From Candidatus Sumerlaeia bacterium (GTDB taxonomy: Bacteria > Sumerlaeota > Sumerlaeia > SLMS01 > JANRJK01), in the NCBI GenBank assembly GCA_033764015.1, contig JANRJK010000044.1, positions 1 to 38,695 on the forward strand: a stretch of DNA of 38,695 nucleotides. Direction: 5' to 3'. A program made the translations under genes and the position numbers. The notes beneath the pieces were generated by a model that saw only the letters and a list, made by a program, of their open reading frames with translations, was not told where the DNA came from and searched no databases. This document shows positions 8,061 through 15,362 of this stretch, in pieces; within the stretch, counting starts at the first letter, position 1, and every line of letters begins with the position of its first letter.

Positions 8061-8804
8061 ATGGCCTCCGCCGTTCTCGACGCGCCGCTCCCGGCGCCCG
8101 CATCCACGACTCTCCCCGCGCCGAACCCCGGGCGCCGCCGCGCCATCATCACGCATGGCGGGGCATTCGACCGATATCCGGTCCGGACCCCGGTCCTGAC
8201 GGCGGAAAGCGATCTGATCGCCACGGTGCGCGTGCACGCGGTGCCGCTGGCGCAGGCGGGCGACGTGCTCTTCATTTCGGAGAAGGCGGTGGCCGTGACG
8301 CAGGGCCGCGCGATTCCGGAGGACCAGATCCGCATCGGCCTGACCGCGCGGATCCTCTGGCGGTTCGTCGCGAAGGTGCCTTACGGCATCGGCCTGCGGC
8401 GCCCGAGCTCGATGCAGTGCGCGGTGAACGAATGCGGCGCCGCGCGGATCTGGCTGGCGGCGCTCGCGGGCGCGCTCGGCAAGCTGGTGGGGCGCAAAGG
8501 CGACTTCTACCGCGTCGCCGGTCCGCAGGCGGCCACGATCGACGCCGCCAGCACGTCGCCGCTGCAGCCCACCTGCGTGATCATGGGCCCCAAGGATCCC
8601 GACAAGGTCTGCGCGGCGATCACCGAGGCGACCGGACTGCGCGCCGCCATCGTCGATGTGAACGACATCGGCGGTTCCTGGGTGCTCGGCGCGAGCGCGG
8701 GCGTGGACCGCGCGCTGGTCGAGGCGTCGCTGAAGGACAACCCGCTCGGCCAAGGCACCGAGTGCACGCCGATGGGACTGCTCCGCGCCGTGGCGACGCG
8801 CTAG
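8061..8804 (+). CDS. CofE-like (F420-0:gamma-glutamyl ligase family) protein (247 aa)
   Basis: GDVLFISEKAVAVTQGR, GDFYRVAG, GPKDPD, AIVDVND and DNPLGQG-x3-TP motifs. Confidence 0.8.
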   Translation: MASAVLDAPLPAPASTTLPAPNPGRRRAIITHGGAFDRYPVRTPVLTAESDLIATVRVHAVPLAQAGDVLFISEKAVAVTQGRAIPEDQIRIGLTARILWRFVAKVPYGIGLRRPSSMQCAVNECGAARIWLAALAGALGKLVGRKGDFYRVAGPQAATIDAASTSPLQPTCVIMGPKDPDKVCAAITEATGLRAAIVDVNDIGGSWVLGASAGVDRALVEASLKDNPLGQGTECTPMGLLRAVATR

Positions 8805-10168
8805 AGCACCGACCAGACAGTCTTGAGGTTCACCAATTCGTCGAGGCCGGCGCGGGAGAGCTCGCGCCCGAAGCCGGAATCCTTCACCCCGCCGAACGGC
8901 AGCGCGGGGTCCGAACGCACCAGTCCGTTGATGAAGACGCTTCCCGCCTCGAGGTCGCGCGCGAGGCGCTCCGCGCGCTCCGGCGAGCGCGTCCAGGCGC
9001 TGGCGCCCAAGCCGTGGGAAGTGTCGTTGGCGAGGCGCACCGCCTCGTCCTCGGTGTCGAAGGCGAGCACCGCGGCTACGGGGCCGAAGGTCTCCTCGCT
9101 CCAAACGGAGGGTTTGGGCTCGTCGAGGAGAAGGACCGTCGCGGGGTAGAAGTAACCGGGGCGTTCGGGTGCCTTGCCGCCGAGGAGCAGGCCTGCTCCG
9201 TCCGCGACCGCGCGGCGCACCTGTGAGTCCAGCGCGTCGCGGAGATCGGCGCGCGCGAGCGGTCCGAGGTTCGTCGAGCGGTCGAGCGGCGGCCCGGGAA
9301 CGTGGGACTTCATTCGCTCCATGAAGCGGTCCAGGAAATCGTGCAGGGCGTCGCGCTGGACGAGGAAGCGCTTGGCGGCGATGCAGCTCTGGCCGGCGTT
9401 GAGGCAGCGGGACGACGCGGCGGTTTCCGCGGCGGCCTCGAGGTCCGCGTCGGCGAAGACCAGCAGCGGGTCGGAGCCGCCGAGTTCGAGTACGCATTTC
9501 TTCAGGTGGCGCCCCGCGAGTTCCGCGACGATCCGTCCGGCGCGGGTGCTGCCCGTGAGGGCCACCGCGCGCACCCGGGGGTCGGCGATGGCGGCGGCGG
9601 TGCCTTCGTCGTCGAGGAAGGCGGCCTGGACGACGCCCTCCGGGAAGCCGGCGTCGCGGGCGAGCGCTTCGATGGCGAGCGCGCAGCGCGGGACGTTGGG
9701 CGCGTGCTTCAGAATGAGCGTGTTGCCGGCGGCGAGGCTGGGCGCGGCGTGGCGGAAGACCTGCCAGAGGGGGAAGTTCCAAGGCATGATGGCCAGGACG
9801 GGCCCGAGCGGCGCGCGGCGGACCGCCGCGCCCGGAAACTCGACCACGGGGTCGGGCTCTAGGAAATCCTCCGCGCGCTCCGCGTAGTAGCGGCAGGCGG
9901 CGGCGCACTTGCGCGCTTCGGCCAATCCCTGCGTGATCGGCTTACCCATCTCGGTGGCCATGGCCCGGGCGAGGACAGGGGCGCGTTCCTCGAGCAGCCC
10001 CGCGCAACGCGAGAGCGCGGCGGTCCGCTCGGCGACCGGGCTGCGTCCCCAGCCAGCCGCGGCGGAGGCGGCGGCGGCGATCAGTTCCCCGCGGCCCGCC
10101 GGATCGAGGACGGCGTACTCCTGCAGCAGTTCGCCGCTGGCGGGATCGACTGTCCGGAAGTGGCTCAT
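8801..10168 (-). CDS. NAD(P)-dependent aldehyde dehydrogenase, succinate-semialdehyde dehydrogenase-like (455 aa)
   Basis: IMPWNFP, LTGS, LELGGSDP, NAGQSCIA, EETFGPV and PFGGVKDSGFGRE; start reassigned to ATG 10168. Confidence 0.93.
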   Translation of the reverse strand: MSHFRTVDPASGELLQEYAVLDPAGRGELIAAAASAAAGWGRSPVAERTAALSRCAGLLEERAPVLARAMATEMGKPITQGLAEARKCAAACRYYAERAEDFLEPDPVVEFPGAAVRRAPLGPVLAIMPWNFPLWQVFRHAAPSLAAGNTLILKHAPNVPRCALAIEALARDAGFPEGVVQAAFLDDEGTAAAIADPRVRAVALTGSTRAGRIVAELAGRHLKKCVLELGGSDPLLVFADADLEAAAETAASSRCLNAGQSCIAAKRFLVQRDALHDFLDRFMERMKSHVPGPPLDRSTNLGPLARADLRDALDSQVRRAVADGAGLLLGGKAPERPGYFYPATVLLLDEPKPSVWSEETFGPVAAVLAFDTEDEAVRLANDTSHGLGASAWTRSPERAERLARDLEAGSVFINGLVRSDPALPFGGVKDSGFGRELSRAGLDELVNLKTVWSVL

Positions 10169-10315
10169 GCGCGAAGCATCCCGTCGCGCGGGATCGAGGG
10201 AAAGAGGAGTTCGGGGGACGGCTCCCGCTTGACCGCCGGTTGGCCTGTGGTGAGGTAGAGGCCGCACTGCGCGGAGACCCCCGCGCGGGCCACGCAACGC
10301 ACGCGAGGCTGCACC

Positions 10316-10774
10316 TTGGGCGCCTTCCCCCCCGACATGATCGACACCGAGCGGATTGTGGACCTGAAGGCGCACAGCAAGCAGGAGGCGCTCGACGAGT
10401 TGATCGCGCTCCTTTGCACCTCGCCGCGCGCGGGCGATCCCGACGAGGTGCGCCGGAAGATCCTGGACCGCGAGTCGAGCCATTCGACCGGGATCGGGAT
10501 GGGGGTCGCCATGCCGCACGCCAAGACCACGAGCTCGAAGGGGTTCGCGGTCGCGGTGGGACGCTCGCAGGCGGGCGTGGACTTCGACGCGGTGGACGGG
10601 AAGCCGGTGAGCATCATCGTGATGATGGTCTGCAACGAGTCGCAGAGCGGCGACTTCCTGAAGGTGATGGCGCGCTTCGCGAAGTGCCTGAAGGACAAGG
10701 ACTTCCGGCGGGAGGTGCTGTTCGCGCGCTCGCCGGAGGCGATCCGGGAGCTGTTCGCGACGGCACCGGCCTAA
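10316..10774 (+). CDS. PTS EIIA domain protein (PtsN/fructose-mannitol type)
   Basis: RESSHSTGIGMGVAMPHA with phospho-His, and DFDAVDGKPV. Start is TTG 10316 or ATG 10337. Confidence 0.9.
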   Translation: MGAFPPDMIDTERIVDLKAHSKQEALDELIALLCTSPRAGDPDEVRRKILDRESSHSTGIGMGVAMPHAKTTSSKGFAVAVGRSQAGVDFDAVDGKPVSIIVMMVCNESQSGDFLKVMARFAKCLKDKDFRREVLFARSPEAIRELFATAPA

Positions 10775-10808
10775 GGCGCGCGCGCCGCGCGCCACCCAGA
10801 GAGACAAG

Positions 10809-10845
10809 GAAGCCCCCGGCCCGATCGGCCGGGGGCTTCGCTTTT
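10809..10845 (+). terminator. Intrinsic terminator after the EIIA gene
   Basis: GAAGCCCCCGGCC / GGCCGGGGGCTTC 13-bp stem followed by GCTTTT. Confidence 0.75.
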
Positions 10846-10870
10846 GCGCGGCCGGGCGCCGCGCGCCCGG

Positions 10871-10907
10871 AAAGAAAGAACCGGGGCGGCCTTGCGGCCG
10901 CCCCGGT
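10871..10907 (-). terminator. Intrinsic terminator of the S-layer-like gene
   Basis: On the minus strand ACCGGGGCGGCC-GCAA-GGCCGCCCCGGT followed by TCTTTCTTT. Confidence 0.8.
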
Positions 10908-10939
10908 CGTTAATCAGTGCGACTAGTTCGCGCTTCTAC

Positions 10940-12685
10940 TTAGAAGGCGGGCTCGGCGTACTGGGTGATGGTCAGGCGCTCGATCGTGATCGTACCGTTC
11001 GGCTTGATTTCCTCGCCGCCACCGCGGTTGAAGAGGAAGTCAAGGGCGAAGCCGGTGCCGAAGCCGAAGGAACCGTTGTAGTTCGGCTTGAAGATCGCGC
11101 GGTAGTGGCGGGCCGAGTTGGCCGCGGTGATACCGGACTGGTTCTCGCCATCCGCGCCGAAGGAGCGGCTGGGCTGGAGCTGCATCAGGACGACGCCGTT
11201 TTCACGCTGGGCGTTCGCGCCTTCCGCGGCGATGAAGCGGAGACGGAGCACCGGGAGGCGCTGGGTCGTGGCGTTCGGAACCGCACCGGCGCTCAGCCAG
11301 ACGTCGGCGACATAGACGCTGGTGGCGTTGGCGGTGAAGTCCAGCGGGCCGCCGAAGAGCGACGAGAAGCCGGTCTGGGCGGAGAGAGCCGTGTTGGTGT
11401 TGTAGGTGATGAAGGCCGAGCCGTTGCCGTTGATCGCGCCGGCCGGGAGGGCGAGCGTGGTCCAGTTCGACGTGACCGTCGAGCCGCCGTCCACGAGCGT
11501 GCCCGCGCCGAAGGCCGTGGTGAAGGCCGAGGCGGTGCCGGAGGGGGCGTAGCCGTCGTTGTTGGTGACCGAGGAGGCGCCGAAGTTGCCAAGGACGGTC
11601 GACGCGCCGCTGGTGAAGCAGGCGTAGTCGGTGGAGTCGATGACGAGCGAGTTCACGACCGTGTTGTAGGTCGCGGCGACGGTGCCGGTCTCGATCTTGT
11701 CGAGGGCGATACCGACGGGGTCGGCGGCGGCCAGCGGAGCGGACTCGCCGGTGCCCGTGTTCTTGGCCCAGAGGTACTGGGTCACGTTCTTCGCCGTGGT
11801 CGGGAAGGCCTGGCCCTGCTGGGTGAAGCCCTGCTCAAGCGAGCCGGAGTCCATCTGGAAGAGCGGGTTGCCCATGCGGGTACGGAACCACTCGTTGTTG
11901 CCAGCGGTGGCCGTCGACTGCATGTTCATGCGAAGGCGGTAGACCGTGTCGGCCTGGAACGCCGTCGTGAAGGTGCGGAAGTACGAGGCGAAGCCGGAGG
12001 GGGCCGTGGACGAGATGCCCATGGTCAGCTCGTTGGCGGTGGCGCTGAGCGTGAAGCCCGTGGCACCGAGCGCGAGCCAGTTCGTGAAGTCCGTGCCGGC
12101 CTCGTCGTAGAACGTCGTCCAGCCGCAGGCCGGAGCGGTAAGCTCGTCCGGGCCGGTCGTCTGGGTGATGATGTTGAAGGACCCAAGCGCGATTTCGCCG
12201 TCAACCGAGCAAGCCGTGCTGGAGCTCGGGGCGACGACGAAGAGGGTGAGGGTGCGCTCGGAAGCGGCGCCGGTGGTCGGGCCCGCGGAGACGTTGGAGA
12301 ACGAGAGCGTCGAGTCGACTGCGGTGTCGACCTTGCTGGCGGCGCCCGTGATGCCCACGGCCGTCGTCGGGATCGCCGCAACCGGGCCGAAGCCGTTCAC
12401 GTTGTAGATGGCGGAAGCGCCGGACTGGGGCGTGGCGCCACCGACGGCGAACTGCGCGAACACGCCCTGGACGCTGGTAGCGGATGTACCAAGATCAAGG
12501 TAGGAAAGCAGGTCGAAGGCGTTCGGGAACGCGAGGCCGTTGGCGTCGGGGCTACCGGCCAAGTCGTTCGGCGTGACGACAACGGTCGGCAGCGCGGAGT
12601 TGAAGCTGGGGCACTCAGCCTGGGCGACGCCGCCAAAGAGCGCGGCGACAGCTACAAGCGAGAGTGTCGCTTTGAAGTTACGCAT
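10940..12685 (-). CDS. Secreted Thr/Ala/Gly/Ser-rich protein, candidate S-layer or major surface protein (581 aa)
   Basis: Sec signal peptide ending AQA, AAAGGAGG RBS, strongly biased codons, own terminator. The function is inferred. Confidence 0.7.
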   Translation of the reverse strand: MRNFKATLSLVAVAALFGGVAQAECPSFNSALPTVVVTPNDLAGSPDANGLAFPNAFDLLSYLDLGTSATSVQGVFAQFAVGGATPQSGASAIYNVNGFGPVAAIPTTAVGITGAASKVDTAVDSTLSFSNVSAGPTTGAASERTLTLFVVAPSSSTACSVDGEIALGSFNIITQTTGPDELTAPACGWTTFYDEAGTDFTNWLALGATGFTLSATANELTMGISSTAPSGFASYFRTFTTAFQADTVYRLRMNMQSTATAGNNEWFRTRMGNPLFQMDSGSLEQGFTQQGQAFPTTAKNVTQYLWAKNTGTGESAPLAAADPVGIALDKIETGTVAATYNTVVNSLVIDSTDYACFTSGASTVLGNFGASSVTNNDGYAPSGTASAFTTAFGAGTLVDGGSTVTSNWTTLALPAGAINGNGSAFITYNTNTALSAQTGFSSLFGGPLDFTANATSVYVADVWLSAGAVPNATTQRLPVLRLRFIAAEGANAQRENGVVLMQLQPSRSFGADGENQSGITAANSARHYRAIFKPNYNGSFGFGTGFALDFLFNRGGGEEIKPNGTITIERLTITQYAEPAF

Positions 12686-13289
12686 GAGGGTCTAAGCCCT
12701 CCTTTCTGGGAATCGGTTTCCGGGGCTTCGAGGCCGGCCCTTTCCACGCCGAAAACCAACCAAATCGCTTTAGAGGTCGCGTCACGCTCCTTTCCGGGAA
12801 CCCGCTTTGGCCTGCCTAGCGCCGCCCGCCCTTAACGGGAACTGGCTCAGGCTGTGCATTCGTTACGGGAATGTGATGTGCCCGTGGCCCTGCGGTTGTC
12901 AACGGTCAATGCGCGGCTGCGGAGCATTTTGTCGCACCGCGCGCCCGCGCCGCCCTGCCTTGGGGGGCGCGCGACCGCGGTCGAGGAGCGCATGATCGCT
13001 GTTCCTACCGGCCGTGGCGAGCGTTTCCGACCCATCGCCACGCGCTTTGGTAGCAGGGTCTGCCGCGGGCGCGGCGCGACGCGAGGAGCTGAGATACTCC
13101 GCCGCGACAGCGAGCGTATCCGCCCGCTGTCAGTGCGCGCTCTCCGGTGACAGCCCCGTGCTTGCGGAATCGCGGGCATCGGCAGGGCTGCGCGGTTCGC
13201 CCGGTTTGTCGATTTGGCTTGCGTCGCATCGGTTGGTTGGGAGCAATCGCTGACTCGCGTCGCGGCCACGGCTTCGGTGCGAACCCAGT

Positions 13290-13376
13290 GCCCGGGTGGC
13301 GGAATTGGCAGACGCGCAGGACTAAGGATCCTGTCCCGTTTTAGGGGTGGGGGTTCAAGTCCCCCCTCGGGCACCA
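13290..13376 (+). tRNA. tRNA-Leu (anticodon AAG)
   Basis: GCCCGGGTGGCGGAATTGGCAGACGCG-CAGGA-CTAAGGA-TCCTG, long variable arm, then GGGGGTTCAAGTCCCCCCTCGGGCACCA; 87 nt, discriminator A. Confidence 0.95.
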
Positions 13377-13412
13377 TTGACCATAGCACGGCCCTAGCGC
13401 CGGAACGATACG

Positions 13413-13444
13413 CGGCCCCGCCATCCGGCGGGGCCGTTCGCTTT
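13413..13444 (+). terminator. Probable terminator after tRNA-Leu
   Basis: CGGCCCCGCC-ATCC-GGCGGGGCCG followed by TTCGCTTT. Confidence 0.65.
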
Positions 13445-13497
13445 CCCGAGCGCCGCGCTGTTGACCCTCTCCCGGAGTGCCCCCGCCAATCGCCCCC

Positions 13498-14469
13498 ATG
13501 GCCAGCAGCGAGCAGACACCGCAAGCCTCCATCGTCGTCACCAATTGGAACGGCAAGGCGTTCATCGAGGAATGCGTCGCGACGCTGTGGGCGTCCGGCG
13601 TGCATTGGGGGCGGCCCTTCGAGCTGATCGTGGTGGACGACGTTTCGAGCGACGGCTCGCCGGAGCTGGTCGCGGAGAAGTTCCCCGCCGTGCGGCTGCT
13701 GCGCAACGAGCGCAACCTGGGCTTCGCGGGCACGAGCAACCATGGCGCAGAGGCCGCGCGCGCGCCGATCATCGTGATGATGAACAACGACATGCGCGTG
13801 CCGAAGGAGTTCCTCGGCAACCTGGTGGCGCCGTTCTTCGAGCCGCGCCGCGAGGGCGAGACGCTGTTCTGCGTCGGCGCCAAGTCGATCGACTGGCACG
13901 ACGGTAAACCGAACCACCTTTGCATGAGGGCGGCGTGGCGCCGCGGCGCGATTGGCCACGAGTGGGCCGATCCGCCGCACCGCTGCGAGACAACCTACGC
14001 GCAGGGGGGCTCCGCGGCGTACGACCGCGCGCTGTATCTCCAACTCGGCGGCTTCGACCGCATCTTCCACCCCACCTACTGGGACGACTACGACCTGTCG
14101 TACCGCGCGGGGAAGCTCGGCTGGACGACGCTTTACGAGCCCACCGCGGTGGTGGACCACCTCGGCAAGGCGACGCTGCGGCGGCAGGTGGACCAGGACC
14201 GCCTCGAGCAAATCCTCGAGCGCAACCGGCTGTGGTTCAATTGGCTGAACCTGACGGACGGCGCGTTGATCGCCCGGCACGTGGCGGCGCTCCCGTGGGT
14301 GTACGGGCGCGACTTGGCGCAGGGGCGCGGGACGAACGGCGTGAAGGGGTTCTGGCGGGCGCTCAAGGGCATCGTCCCGGTGCTGGCCGAACGCCGCCGC
14401 CGTCTGGCGACCGATCCGCCGCGCCGCCACACGGATCGGGAACTGGTCCGCACACCGGCGCAGGGGTAG
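13498..14469 (+). CDS. Glycosyltransferase family 2 (323 aa)
   Basis: SIVVTNWNG, IVVDDVSSDGS, NLGFA, MNND and LGGFD...YWDDYDL. Confidence 0.93.
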   Translation: MASSEQTPQASIVVTNWNGKAFIEECVATLWASGVHWGRPFELIVVDDVSSDGSPELVAEKFPAVRLLRNERNLGFAGTSNHGAEAARAPIIVMMNNDMRVPKEFLGNLVAPFFEPRREGETLFCVGAKSIDWHDGKPNHLCMRAAWRRGAIGHEWADPPHRCETTYAQGGSAAYDRALYLQLGGFDRIFHPTYWDDYDLSYRAGKLGWTTLYEPTAVVDHLGKATLRRQVDQDRLEQILERNRLWFNWLNLTDGALIARHVAALPWVYGRDLAQGRGTNGVKGFWRALKGIVPVLAERRRRLATDPPRRHTDRELVRTPAQG

Positions 14470-14473
14470 GCCG

Positions 14474-15289
14474 CTAGATGATCGCCATCCCGGGATACTC
14501 GGCGCCGAACTCGAGGAACACCGGGAACCACATCCTCCGCGTCGGGTGCCAGTAGGCCCGCAGGCCGACGGGCAGCTCGGTCTCGACGCCGTTCACCGTG
14601 CGCAGGGCGGTGAACTGCACATCGAGGATACGGACGTCCGCGCGCAGGTCGCCGAGCGCGTTCATCTCGGCCGCGGCGTCGATGCCGGATTCCGTTCCCC
14701 TCGAGTACGCCTCCCCGGAGCGCTGCGAGGGCCACAGGAAGTGGGGCGCCAGCTTGTTCATGGTGAGCTCGCCGTCCGCGGGCGGGGCGGTGACTTCGAT
14801 CATGGAGGGCGGCCCGGAGACGGCGGAGATGAACGGGCCGGCGTTCGCTCCGCGCGCGGCCATCAACTCCATCATCTTGCCGGACAATTGGGCCCAGTCC
14901 ATCTTTTCGGCTTCGGCAGCGTCGACGTTGAAGGGAGGTTGCGTGAGGGCGGTGCGTACTTCCTCGACCAGCTTGGGATCGATGGTTCGCGACTCGGGGC
15001 GGGCGAGCTTGAGGTAGCCGACCTGGGTGGGCTGCGCGATGTGGAGGACGATGGCCTCCAGCAGCTCCGCGGCGGAGTCGGCTTCGGCGCCGAGGTCCTC
15101 GCGGAGCGCGTCGGCGGCGCGTTCGCGCCAGCGGCCGAGCTGCTCCGGCGACAGGTCGTGGCGGGTGGGCGCGGCGGTGGTGGCGGCGGCGGGCTCGCCG
15201 ATGCTGTCCTGGCGGGCGGTGGAACCGGTGGCAATAAGGGTGGCAGTGAGCACCGCGGCGGCGAGAACGGATGCGGAATGATGGACCAT
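14474..15289 (-). CDS. Hypothetical secreted protein (271 aa)
   Basis: GAGGAG RBS 8 nt before ATG 15289, hydrophobic N-terminus, genome-like codon bias; no recognisable domain. Confidence 0.75.
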   Translation of the reverse strand: MVHHSASVLAAAVLTATLIATGSTARQDSIGEPAAATTAAPTRHDLSPEQLGRWRERAADALREDLGAEADSAAELLEAIVLHIAQPTQVGYLKLARPESRTIDPKLVEEVRTALTQPPFNVDAAEAEKMDWAQLSGKMMELMAARGANAGPFISAVSGPPSMIEVTAPPADGELTMNKLAPHFLWPSQRSGEAYSRGTESGIDAAAEMNALGDLRADVRILDVQFTALRTVNGVETELPVGLRAYWHPTRRMWFPVFLEFGAEYPGMAII

Positions 15290-15362
15290 ACGGCGCACTC
15301 CTCTCTGGTTGAACCTTGCGCCATCTGCCCCGGCGCGCGATGGTCAAGCAAGCAGGAGTTCC

